From Candidatus Wallbacteria bacterium (GTDB lineage: Bacteria > Muiribacteriota > UBA9980): 46,847 nt of DNA. Positions 8,562-17,501 of the stretch are shown here, in pieces. The position numbers and the translations under genes are program-made. The first letter of the stretch is position 1. Each line of letters begins with the position of its first letter. Below the pieces are notes generated by a model. That model searched no databases. It was given only the letters and a program-made list of their open reading frames with translations, and was not told where the DNA came from. Location: assembly GCA_041441465.1 (NCBI GenBank), contig JASDSY010000034.1, positions 1 through 46,847 on the forward strand, written 5' to 3'.

Positions 8562-9386
8562 ATGGTTTTAAATAAACGTGCATTTGCGTTTTTGATATCT
8601 GTGTTTTTGTTAAGCGGGTCAAGTATGGTTTTAGCTCAGCAAACTGCTCCCGTTGAAGTGAAAACGACTGCAGAAGCTGCTGTTGTTCCTGCAACTTCAG
8701 AAATTTCAGCTGATAAGCCTGCCGCTTCGACGTCAGAAACAAAGGTATCGGCTGATAAGAGCGTTAATCAGCCGGCTGCTACAGAAAAGACAGCAGAAGT
8801 TACAGTGCCGCCTGTTCAGACGTCTTCTGAAAATACAACCGGCGAAGTGAAAGATAACGCAGTAAAACCGATCGAACCGGCAAAAACTGCAGAAACTGCT
8901 GTTTCCGGCAGCGGGTTAAGCGCTAAAGACTTTGTATTGAAGCAGGAAGAACTTGCTTACGGCGTCAGTCTCGTTCAAAAAGGAATAAAAAAGATTCCGT
9001 TCAAGGATAATCCCGCGGTTTACGATACTACGGAAAAAGATAAACTTCAAGAAATCGCCAAGAGGCTTTTCCCGGATGATAATTTAAAAAACCTTGGAAG
9101 CAGTTTGAATTCGATTGCTATAACCTTATTGACTTCGAAAAAAGATGATAAAGACCTTGATTATGGACTTGTTTCGCTGGAATTGTCAGAAACAGCTAAA
9201 AAAGATTTTGATACCATCAAGACAAATATAAAAAACTCGATGCTGGTATATTTTAAAGGTGAAAATTTCTTTATTCACGATAAATTTCCGATTATAGTGA
9301 TCCTGGCTCCGAATTTACCTGACAATAAAAAAGAAGATATTCAATGGGCCAGCGAACTTATTCAGAAAAAACTTTCTTCAAAGTAA
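8562..9386 (+). CDS. Secreted hypothetical protein (signal peptide, Ala/Thr/Glu-rich N-terminal region)
   Basis: 274 aa. N-terminal signal MVLNKRAFAFLISVFLLSGSSMVLAQQ. GGAGG ribosome-binding site. No recognisable catalytic motif. Confidence 0.6.
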   Translation: MVLNKRAFAFLISVFLLSGSSMVLAQQTAPVEVKTTAEAAVVPATSEISADKPAASTSETKVSADKSVNQPAATEKTAEVTVPPVQTSSENTTGEVKDNAVKPIEPAKTAETAVSGSGLSAKDFVLKQEELAYGVSLVQKGIKKIPFKDNPAVYDTTEKDKLQEIAKRLFPDDNLKNLGSSLNSIAITLLTSKKDDKDLDYGLVSLELSETAKKDFDTIKTNIKNSMLVYFKGENFFIHDKFPIIVILAPNLPDNKKEDIQWASELIQKKLSSK

Positions 9387-9387
9387 G

Positions 9388-10599
9388 GTGCGAATTTCAA
9401 AAAAAATGATATCAAATAATAGTGAAACAATAAACAATAAAAATTCAAAAATTAAATTATGGCAAAATGGCGCGGCTGTAAAAATAACGAACGGCGAATT
9501 AGCTGGAAATGTGGCTAAAAATGGCGTTGTCGCAACCATCGGCGGCGCCGGAATGACGCCGGAGCAATTAAAACGCGAAATGCAGATTGCCCGTGAAATT
9601 TCTCCGGACGGTGAAATTGGCGTTAATCTTATGTACGTCGCCAAGGAATTTCATGACGCCGCTATTGCCGCTCAAGAAGCCGGCGCTAACTTTATTGTCC
9701 TTGCCGCGGGTTATGATTCGAATGTTTTGAACTCAACCGGCGATTACGAAGACATAAAGATAGAACTTATACCTAAAGTTGCGCACCCGACGCTTGCGTT
9801 GCGTGTATTTCAAACCGGTATAGTCAAAAGAATAATTCTCGAAGGTTCGGGCTGCGGCGGTCACATAGGGTACAGCTCGATTAAAAACTTTATACCTGTT
9901 GAAAAACTTGTAAAATTAACGGCCGATAGATTCAAAAGCCATATTGCGGCACATGCGCTGGGAAAAAATGTTCCTCAATCAGAGCTTGATGCTTTCTTAA
10001 AAGAGCTTTCAGATAACAGGGAAGAGTATCGTAAAAAATATCATGTCCCTGAATTGATAGCTGCCGGCGGTATCAATGAATCGAATTTTCAACAGGTAAT
10101 CGATAACGGCGCAAGCTACCTTGGAAGCTGCTTGATTTATACTATTTCAAAAGAATCTAACGCGCACGATAATTGGAAAAAAATGCAGTTTGAAACTAAA
10201 AATCGCATTTTTTTCGAAAGCCCTGTAAAAGGTATGATAGGCTCCGCTATTAAAAATAAATTTATCGAAAAATATTTTGAGCTCGATGACGAAGGCATTT
10301 ATCGATTTAAGGCTACTGCCAAGCAAAATGCCGTGCACGGCACCAATATAAAATCCGATTTTATTGATCGTTGCAATGTCGAATGTATGGCGAATAATTT
10401 TTGCCTTAAGTATTCCAAAGAATACCGTCACCCTATGTGTATTTATTTCAGGCTGGAAGAGGCGGCTGTCGTCGGAAATGTCGATGACGGTATAGTCTTT
10501 ACTTCTGAAAACTTCAGTTATATTCAAAAAGTTGCGCGTCCTAATATCAGCGTTAAAGAAATCGTCGATATAATCAAAAAATACACCTATGGCGCTTAA
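9388..10599 (+). CDS. NMO/FabK-family FMN oxidoreductase (nitronate monooxygenase / enoyl-reductase-like) with Cys-containing C-terminal extension
   Basis: Motifs ..ILEGSGCGGHIG.. (like EAGGH) and ..LIAAGGI.. are characteristic of the 2-nitropropane dioxygenase/FabK TIM-barrel family. An extra about 130-aa C-terminal region (CNVECMANNFC...HPMC). Starts 2 nt after the upstream stop; the ATG at 9406 is an alternative start. Confidence 0.65.
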   Translation: MRISKKMISNNSETINNKNSKIKLWQNGAAVKITNGELAGNVAKNGVVATIGGAGMTPEQLKREMQIAREISPDGEIGVNLMYVAKEFHDAAIAAQEAGANFIVLAAGYDSNVLNSTGDYEDIKIELIPKVAHPTLALRVFQTGIVKRIILEGSGCGGHIGYSSIKNFIPVEKLVKLTADRFKSHIAAHALGKNVPQSELDAFLKELSDNREEYRKKYHVPELIAAGGINESNFQQVIDNGASYLGSCLIYTISKESNAHDNWKKMQFETKNRIFFESPVKGMIGSAIKNKFIEKYFELDDEGIYRFKATAKQNAVHGTNIKSDFIDRCNVECMANNFCLKYSKEYRHPMCIYFRLEEAAVVGNVDDGIVFTSENFSYIQKVARPNISVKEIVDIIKKYTYGA

Positions 10600-10626
10600 A
10601 TTATAATTATAATTTTAAATGTAAAA

Positions 10627-10676
10627 AGAAAAAGGCTGTCTGGAAATTTTAAATTTCTGAACGGCCTTTTTCTTTT
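10627..10676. terminator. Bidirectional rho-independent terminator; copy 2 of the repeated nested-hairpin element
   Basis: AAAAAGGCTGTCTGGAAATTTTAAATTTCTGAACGGCCTTTTTCTTTTG. About 85% identical to the element at 125-170. Confidence 0.7.
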
Positions 10677-10770
10677 GTGTAATTATTTATTTTTAACCAG
10701 AAGATATATTTTATAAAAAATTAAGTTATTTATATTAGAAATGTGGTTTATTACAGCATTTTGTTCTATA

Positions 10771-12417
10771 TTAGAAAGGGAAATCGTTTGTATTATTTTT
10801 CAGCTGTTTATCGGCGTTAATTTCGCGCGGGTCTTTAGCTTTACCCTGTTTTTTTAACGGCATAACTTTTATAGGCTTATGTTCGCCGTGAACAGGGCAG
10901 GCATGCTGGCAGATGCCGCAGCCGATGCAGTATGGTTTTCTGATTTTAGGAACGAAAATGTCGCCGAGTTTTTCCATGTAAACTGCGCCGGTCGGGCAAT
11001 GTTCGGCGCATGCACCGCAGTCCTGATGATTTTTATATGCGACACATTCTGTGTTTGTGCCGGTATTAAGTTCGACAATTCCTATTTTTATGAGCTTTTT
11101 TTGTTCGATATCGTGGTATTTGATCGCCTGATTGGGGCATATCGATGAACACATATTGCATTCAAATTCGCAGTACGATTTATTATAGTCCAGTTTAGGT
11201 TTTGACAGGCCAATAATGCCGTTTTCAAATCCTGACGGTACAAGCACTTTTGACGGACAGACCGATATGCATAAATGACAGGCTGAACAGTTATTAAAAA
11301 ATTCCTGCGGAGTCCCGGCGCCGGGCGGCATTATAGTTTTTATTTCCAGTGTCTCGGGCTGAGCAATTGCTTTCAGTGAATATGGAATGAGCGTTCCTGC
11401 TATTACTGTGAAAGATGTTGTCAGAAATTTCCGCCTTGACCCGGAAATTTTGTGATTGACGTTTTTTTCGGTTTCGTTATTGATTTCGGATTTTTGAGAT
11501 GGTTCTTGAGCGGTGTTTATATTGTCAACTTCATTATAATCCGATTTACGGCAGATAGTTTGGCTCGGCGTGTTTTGGGCGGCTGAAGAACCGCGGCTTA
11601 TATTTAAAGCGCCAAATGTACACTTGCCGACACATTCGTAACATGAAACACAGAGGTTTTTATCTATGATTCCGTTATTTATGCAGTAAGCCGGGCATAT
11701 TTTCGCGCATTGTCCGCAATTTACGCAATTTTCGTTGACTTTTATATTAATAAATGAATTTTGGGCGATCATGCCGTAAATGGCGCCGGATGGACACAAA
11801 GTATTGCAATACCAACGTGGCCTGAGCGCTGCCGCGACCACTAACATCAAAAGAAAAAGCGAGGCGTATAAAAACTCAAAGGAGGTGGATTTTAATTCGC
11901 TTATCTGGAAATTGGATGTTTTATTCAAATACTCCGAAAACGGCGATAATAATTTTATGAAAATCGGCTGGATAAAATCGGTTAAAATACGGCCGAAATT
12001 ACTTGAATGATCGAGCCAGCCCCATATAAAAATTCCAAATGCGGCTGAGGCTAGGCATGTGATGAAAAGAAGCAGCCTGAAGTATTTATAAAATGCCGGG
12101 GCCGCTTTTTTTATTTTTAATTTTGTGCCTATCGCTGCCGCAAGGTCCTGGATAAATCCGACCGGGCATAAATAACTGCAGTATAGGCGGCCGGCGCTAA
12201 AAGTTAAAATTATAAGTAAAATCGTCACTATTATAAACTTTGTATAAACATAAGAATTAATTCCGGCAGTTACCGGAAATATATGCAGCGCGCCCCAGAA
12301 AAGCAGACAGGATGAAGACGTTATAAATCTCAAAAAAATTAAAACAGCGAAAATAAAAAAAATAGACTGTGTTAATTTTCTAAAAAACCATAATTTGGAT
12401 TTTTTCATATATTTCAC
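10771..12417 (-). CDS. Membrane polyferredoxin: NapH/MauN-like N-terminal half fused to a NapG/MauM-like four-cluster ferredoxin half
   Basis: 548 aa. N-terminal transmembrane region with two CX3CP motifs (CSYLCPVGF, CNTLCPSGA) plus CVNCGQCAKICP and CVSCYECVGKC. An internal twin-arginine motif GSRRKFLTTSFTVIAGTLI is followed by four further Cys clusters (CSACHLCISVCP, CNMCSSICP, CGACAEHCP, CIGCGICQHACP). Confidence 0.8.
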   Translation of the reverse strand: MKYMKKSKLWFFRKLTQSIFFIFAVLIFLRFITSSSCLLFWGALHIFPVTAGINSYVYTKFIIVTILLIILTFSAGRLYCSYLCPVGFIQDLAAAIGTKLKIKKAAPAFYKYFRLLLFITCLASAAFGIFIWGWLDHSSNFGRILTDFIQPIFIKLLSPFSEYLNKTSNFQISELKSTSFEFLYASLFLLMLVVAAALRPRWYCNTLCPSGAIYGMIAQNSFINIKVNENCVNCGQCAKICPAYCINNGIIDKNLCVSCYECVGKCTFGALNISRGSSAAQNTPSQTICRKSDYNEVDNINTAQEPSQKSEINNETEKNVNHKISGSRRKFLTTSFTVIAGTLIPYSLKAIAQPETLEIKTIMPPGAGTPQEFFNNCSACHLCISVCPSKVLVPSGFENGIIGLSKPKLDYNKSYCEFECNMCSSICPNQAIKYHDIEQKKLIKIGIVELNTGTNTECVAYKNHQDCGACAEHCPTGAVYMEKLGDIFVPKIRKPYCIGCGICQHACPVHGEHKPIKVMPLKKQGKAKDPREINADKQLKNNTNDFPF

Positions 12418-12628
12418 TTTCTATGCTTAAATTGACAAGTAGTTATTACCTGTTTAATAAATGAAAATTTTTCACCGAATACTATTGCTGTTAATAATAT
12501 ATTCATATTGCGTTCGGGCTATCTTGGGTAATAGATTTAATTGGCCATATTCGCAGTGCGCCTGTAAAAGTGCCTGTAACAAGCGTAAATGCCTGATTCT
12601 GCCCGAAGTGCAATAATGTATAAAGTTT

Positions 12629-13543
12629 TTAAAGAGTGACTTTATTTATTTTTAGTTTATCGATTGCCATGGTGCCTATGCCAAGATCCTGGGCAAATTT
12701 CAGGTAATTGATTCCGGCCGGGTCGAATTCAAGGATTTTAGCAGCCGCGGTGTCGGCTGCGACCATGTCGGTTGCGATTATTTGCATTCTTTTAGAGGCT
12801 ATATCGGCTTTTGATATGCCGCGCGGGCCGTTTTTAAACATTACATTAAAAGCGTCAATTACAGTTAAATCCGGTTTTCTGATTAAAGGGAAATCAGCGA
12901 TGCACTGGTGCAATCCTTTGTTATGGTAAAAGTCCCTGTTCCATACCACGCCCATAAGATTTTTTAAAGAAGACGTCATTTGTGAACTGCCGTGGTGTTT
13001 TAAGACAGGGACGTTTATTATGACGTCTGAATCAAGGTAAAGCTCATGGATCATAGCATTTTTTAAAATTTTAGAATTGTTTATTTCTTTTTTACGATAG
13101 CTTTCTTTTTTGTTTCCGGAAACTATGGTGCCGCCGGCGCCGATTACGGCTTTTTCTATGCCGCTTAAATTGTAGCAATCCTTCCAGTTATTGCATGTGT
13201 TGTCAAAAACATATACTTTTTTTGCGCCTTCTTTTAGCGCTAATTCGACTATTTTGGCGACAAGATCGGGCTGCGTGTTAGCGCCTTCCGCCGGCGTGCG
13301 CGCCCAGCCGATGTTCGGCTTTACAAGGACAATCTGGCCTTTTTTTACGAATCTTGACATGCCGCCGATTTCTGCGATGCCTTTTTCAAACATTTGTGCC
13401 GGCGTACCGTTTCGCAGTGCGACCATGTCAGGTTCGGAAGCTTTTTTTTCGTCAGCGAAAAGTAAATTTGAAAAGCCGCCCATGGCAAGAGTCAAGCCGG
13501 CTCCGACTCCAAGTTTTATAAAATTACGCCTGGTTATATTCAT
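12629..13543 (-). CDS. Tat-exported DUF362-family protein
   Basis: N-terminal twin-arginine signal MNITRRNFIKLGVGAGLTLAMGG. The core (..GQIVLVKPNIGWA..) resembles DUF362 proteins, which are often found with Fe-S proteins. Confidence 0.6.
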   Translation of the reverse strand: MNITRRNFIKLGVGAGLTLAMGGFSNLLFADEKKASEPDMVALRNGTPAQMFEKGIAEIGGMSRFVKKGQIVLVKPNIGWARTPAEGANTQPDLVAKIVELALKEGAKKVYVFDNTCNNWKDCYNLSGIEKAVIGAGGTIVSGNKKESYRKKEINNSKILKNAMIHELYLDSDVIINVPVLKHHGSSQMTSSLKNLMGVVWNRDFYHNKGLHQCIADFPLIRKPDLTVIDAFNVMFKNGPRGISKADIASKRMQIIATDMVAADTAAAKILEFDPAGINYLKFAQDLGIGTMAIDKLKINKVTL

Positions 13544-13587
13544 AATTTAAACCTCCGCTATTTTTATTTTTTGTGTTACATTATACA

Positions 13588-13628
13588 AAAAAACACGGAG
13601 AATGACAATGATTCTCCGTGTTTTTTAT
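13588..13628. terminator. Rho-independent terminator after mazG
   Basis: CACGGAGAAT-(7 nt)-ATTCTCCGTG followed by TTTTTT. Confidence 0.7.
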
Positions 13629-13662
13629 TTTATTATTTTAAATATTATTTTGAAAATATGAA

Positions 13663-14151
13663 TCAGTTGTTGTCTATGATAACTTTTTTTGGTTTTTCAT
13701 AGCGCCCGCGGCATTTTTCTTTGGGGTATTTTTTGACGTTTTTAACGACTTTCTCGGTAATAGCTTGAGATAAGTCGATACCAAGGACGTTAGCAAGCGA
13801 CATGCAATAAAGCATAATGTCCGAAAGTTCGTCGCATATATCGGTATAGTTGGGTGAATCTTTTTTTATTTTTCTTACCTGTTCATTAGTCAGCCATTGG
13901 AAAAGTTCCATTAATTCAGCGGCTTCAATCGCTATTGACATGGAAAGGTTTTTGGGATCGTGGTATTGCTGCCAATCGCGTTCCGCTACAAAACTTTTCA
14001 TTATTTTTTTAAGGTCGTCGATGGTTGTTTTGGAATCTTTATATTTTTTTTCTGCAAGTAATCCATCGAGGCTTGTTTCATTTTGTCCGGCTGCTGATTT
14101 GTTTGATTTTTCGCCGGATTTGTCTTTGAGTGAATTTTTTTTATTTATCAT
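13663..14151 (-). CDS. MazG-like nucleotide pyrophosphohydrolase
   Basis: ..SIAIEAAELMELFQW.. (EExxE-type MazG motif). Lys/Ser-rich N-terminal extension. Start overlaps the dedA stop by 1 nt. Confidence 0.7.
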   Translation of the reverse strand: MINKKNSLKDKSGEKSNKSAAGQNETSLDGLLAEKKYKDSKTTIDDLKKIMKSFVAERDWQQYHDPKNLSMSIAIEAAELMELFQWLTNEQVRKIKKDSPNYTDICDELSDIMLYCMSLANVLGIDLSQAITEKVVKNVKKYPKEKCRGRYEKPKKVIIDNN

Positions 14152-14807
14152 TATTGACCAGGCTCCGTATTATTATTTTTTTTTTCAAAATGCGCTTTTA
14201 CATATTCAAACACTATAGGTAAGAGCGATATGAATATGACTATTGGCACTACGACGTTTAAAGGGAAGCGGGTGCCTATGAAATATCCGATAAGGCACAT
14301 ACTGCAAACCCAGCCAATGCCGCCTATTACGTTATATATAAGAAATTTCGTATAATGCATTTCGGCGACGCCGGCGATAACCGGGGCAAAGGTTCTTATG
14401 AGCGGCACAAAACGGGCCAGTATAATAGTTTTGCCGCCGTATTTTTCATAAAATTTCTTTGTTTTAATTAAATGACTTTTTTTAAATAGCAGCGAGTCTT
14501 CGCGTGTAAATAATTTCGGACCGGCTTTATAGCCGATTGAATAACCTACTGAATCGCCTATAATAGCAGCCGCGCAAAGAAGTAAAATTAAATGATTGAT
14601 ATCTAAAATCCCTTTCGAGGCCAGAACTCCGGCAGTAACTAAAAGCGAGTCGCCCGGCAGAAAAAAACCTATCAACAGGCCGGTTTCGCTGAAAACAATG
14701 GCGGTTAAGACCGTCAGGCCGCCCCAGCGTATTAATTCGTCAAGATTATAAAGGTGATCGAAAAAAAATTTAATGACATCAAACATTAGCATTACCTCTT
14801 TTAGCAT
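14151..14807 (-). CDS. DedA-family (SNARE-associated) inner-membrane protein
   Basis: ..VLTAIVFSETGLLIGFFLPGDSLLVTAGVLA.. is the DedA signature. Multi-transmembrane protein. Confidence 0.85.
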   Translation of the reverse strand: MLKEVMLMFDVIKFFFDHLYNLDELIRWGGLTVLTAIVFSETGLLIGFFLPGDSLLVTAGVLASKGILDINHLILLLCAAAIIGDSVGYSIGYKAGPKLFTREDSLLFKKSHLIKTKKFYEKYGGKTIILARFVPLIRTFAPVIAGVAEMHYTKFLIYNVIGGIGWVCSMCLIGYFIGTRFPLNVVVPIVIFISLLPIVFEYVKAHFEKKNNNTEPGQ

Positions 14808-15002
14808 AGATTATTAATGTTGTTATAATTTTCAGTTGCTTATTCATAAAGCAGGGCACAGATTCAGACTGTGCCCTACTTTAACATTATAAGTATTATT
14901 TCGGCATTAATTTCAAAAATTAAAATAAAGTTTAAGATATAACTTAATTTTAGAAATTAAAAATTGTATTAAGAACTTTTATTAATTTATTAATTTATTG
15001 AA

Positions 15003-16289
15003 TTATATTATAAATTTTTCAAATGTAACGTCTCTTGTTGTAATTCCAAGTTTTGACACTTTAAACGGAACGTTAGGATAAAGCATAGCGTATTCATCTT
15101 TCCAATAAAGTGCGGTGGCGATACGGCCGACAGAATCACATTTCATAATTCCAGAGCCAGAATCGCCGGATACCACGATTAAATCATCCATCGGTCTGAA
15201 AATGTACGGGTTTTTATCTATCGTGTTATAAGAATAAGCGCCTGCCACCATGCTTTCAAGGCGCGCAGTCTTAAACTGCGGGAATACCTCTACCAGAACC
15301 GGTAAAATACTATTTTCGTAATATTCCCTTTCAGGTTCTACATCATAATTGAAAGCCCGGCCGATATCGTCGGCACAGCCGACATACATGCAATTCTCGC
15401 GAGGTTCGGCTTTTATATAAATACCGGCCTTTTGGATTATTGTGAAAGGCAGGATATTCATATCATTAAAAAATGAACATTTCATGAGAGGTTCGAGCGA
15501 GCTGCCTTTTATCTGGTATAATTGTCGTTTTTTGGGTTTAACATGCGCATCGATACCGATAGGGTCGAGAAGCTCGTTTGACCATACGCCGGCTGCTATT
15601 ATAGTTGTTTTAGCGCGAAATTCGCCGTTATTTGTCCTTATACCCGAGATTTTAGGTTCCTGCCATATTAACGGCTCGCCTGGAATATCGAGCTTTTCTT
15701 TTGGTTCGAGCATCAGCGATTCAACTTTAGTGTTATATTTAGTCACTCCGCCAAGTTTTTTAAATTCGGCTTCGTAGTAAGAAACTATAGCACCCGGGTC
15801 GAGCGAGCCGCATTTTTTGCCGAATAATCCGCACTTTATGCGGTTCAGACCGAGCATCTGACACTCTTCTGAATCGTATTTATCTATATTTATTTCGGGA
15901 ATCGCCCTTAATTGTTCGGCGAACAATACTGAAAAATCGACGTTATTTTTTTTCATCAAATTAATGGCTTCCTGTGATTTTTTATATTTTTCATCGGTCA
16001 TAAGCCAGAGGTAGCCGTACATTTTGATGTTCAAATTATAATTTTCACGTTTTTCGACGTCAAGAAATTTATCGATAGATGTGCTTGTTAAAACAACGTT
16101 TTCCGGCGACGAGAAAGTGTCGCGAAATCCTGCCGCTGATTTACAGGTATTGCCTTCGCCGCATCCGCCTTCGCGGTCAACCACTAAAACATTTAAAGCT
16201 CTGTCGGTTTGTTTTAAATAATACGCCGTTGACATGCCGAATACGCCGGCGCCGACGATTATTACATCATAAATAATATCATTTGACAT
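15003..16289 (-). CDS. FAD-dependent oxidoreductase (DAO family)
   Basis: N-terminal Rossmann dinucleotide motif DVIIVGAGVFGMSTAYYL. 428 aa. Confidence 0.75.
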   Translation of the reverse strand: MSNDIIYDVIIVGAGVFGMSTAYYLKQTDRALNVLVVDREGGCGEGNTCKSAAGFRDTFSSPENVVLTSTSIDKFLDVEKRENYNLNIKMYGYLWLMTDEKYKKSQEAINLMKKNNVDFSVLFAEQLRAIPEINIDKYDSEECQMLGLNRIKCGLFGKKCGSLDPGAIVSYYEAEFKKLGGVTKYNTKVESLMLEPKEKLDIPGEPLIWQEPKISGIRTNNGEFRAKTTIIAAGVWSNELLDPIGIDAHVKPKKRQLYQIKGSSLEPLMKCSFFNDMNILPFTIIQKAGIYIKAEPRENCMYVGCADDIGRAFNYDVEPEREYYENSILPVLVEVFPQFKTARLESMVAGAYSYNTIDKNPYIFRPMDDLIVVSGDSGSGIMKCDSVGRIATALYWKDEYAMLYPNVPFKVSKLGITTRDVTFEKFII

Positions 16290-16416
16290 AAAAATACCAT
16301 CCCCTTAAGTTATGCGTATATCTTTAAAAATAATAATATATAAGCGTTTATATATTATTTGGCATTTTATCAAAAAGAATTAATTGTGTCAATATTTATT
16401 AGCCGGAAAAATATAC

Positions 16417-16446
16417 TTGACTTTTTTTATCATGTAACTGTATAAT
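16417..16446 (+). promoter_or_regulatory. Sigma-70 promoter for the HExxH protein gene
   Basis: TTGACT-18 nt-TATAAT with TG immediately upstream of the -10. Confidence 0.55.
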
Positions 16447-16488
16447 ATATTATAAGGTTTATTGTAGCTATTAAAAATGGAGGCTGTT

Positions 16489-17493
16489 ATGTCTGGCATC
16501 AACAGATTAGACTATAGCGGCTATGATACGATGATAAGTTATACCGGACACGGTATGATTGAAAAACATCCTGCCAACTTAACAATTGCCGGAGTTATGA
16601 CACATGAGCTCGGGCATTTGAATGAGGCGCGGCTGGATTCAGTCATGACCGGCGATGAGATCGTTTCGCAAAATATTGATTTAAATCTTCAATATGTCGA
16701 CGGCCGGCTTATAGCTACCGGCGGCCTCGCTACGACTGTAACCAGGAAAAATGCAGATAAATTATTAAATAAATATCAAAAATATAATTCTGAAAATTTA
16801 GCTAAAAATAATCAGCCTTCAAATTCCGATTATAAAACGAGTAATTTGAATAATTTAACGTCAGGGCCTGAAGTTACGAAATCCGAACGTCAAAAACTCG
16901 ATGAAGCAGCTTTTCAAATGCAGCAATATAAAATCAAGCTTGAAAGCGAAATTCGAAGGCTAGAGAAAATTAACTCTGAATATTTATCGGTGCCGGCTGC
17001 CGGCGCCGAATTTAATCAGCCCGTGGTTAATGATATAGCCGTTAACGAAGCTGATGGCTCTGAGAAAAAAGGCACTGAAACTATAAAATTGAGTTCCGGC
17101 GTCAAAAATTTGAAACTTGAAAATTTAAAAAAACAATTAGCTAAAATAGAAAATATGATTAACACGATAAATATGGCTAAAACCGGAGAAACGTTTAAAA
17201 AGCTTATAAAAGCAGTCGCTCAGGCTAATTTCGGGATAGCTTTTGATATGGCCGGCACTGCTGTTAAAGGAAAGATCGCTTCGCCGGATAATGGCAATAA
17301 TTCGGTAACATTAGTTCAGGATAATAAAAACTCGGCTTCGACGAATATCTTTCCGCAGGATGATAACAGCAAAACCAATTTTTTAGATGATAGTAAAAGA
17401 AACAACGGAGCTAATAATGTTTCACAAATAGAAAGTATGGTTTCATTAATAGAACAGTCTATATCCGGGGCACTTTTAGATGTTAAAGTATAA
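16489..17493 (+). CDS. Hypothetical protein with N-terminal HExxH (zincin-like) motif and Asn-rich coiled-coil region
   Basis: Start chosen at the ATG at 16489, which has GGAGG 5 nt upstream. The track ORF starts at 16477. Motif ..LTIAGVMTHELGHLNEARLD.., followed by coiled-coil and low-complexity sequence. Confidence 0.55.
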   Translation: MSGINRLDYSGYDTMISYTGHGMIEKHPANLTIAGVMTHELGHLNEARLDSVMTGDEIVSQNIDLNLQYVDGRLIATGGLATTVTRKNADKLLNKYQKYNSENLAKNNQPSNSDYKTSNLNNLTSGPEVTKSERQKLDEAAFQMQQYKIKLESEIRRLEKINSEYLSVPAAGAEFNQPVVNDIAVNEADGSEKKGTETIKLSSGVKNLKLENLKKQLAKIENMINTINMAKTGETFKKLIKAVAQANFGIAFDMAGTAVKGKIASPDNGNNSVTLVQDNKNSASTNIFPQDDNSKTNFLDDSKRNNGANNVSQIESMVSLIEQSISGALLDVKV

Positions 17494-17501
17494 TCGTCCG
17501 A

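Noticed and set aside
11405-11445. Internal SRRKFLT motif as evidence of two separate genes (frameshift) in the polyferredoxin
   Set aside because: The six-frame track shows one uninterrupted 548-aa frame with no stop or alternative frame carrying the downstream Cys clusters. It is therefore treated as a genuine fusion. A sequencing check is listed under the finding.
16390-16410. TTGGCAT-containing sequence upstream of the HExxH gene as a sigma-54 -24 element
   Set aside because: There is no GC dinucleotide at the required -12 spacing. A good sigma-70 TTGACT/TATAAT pair is present instead.
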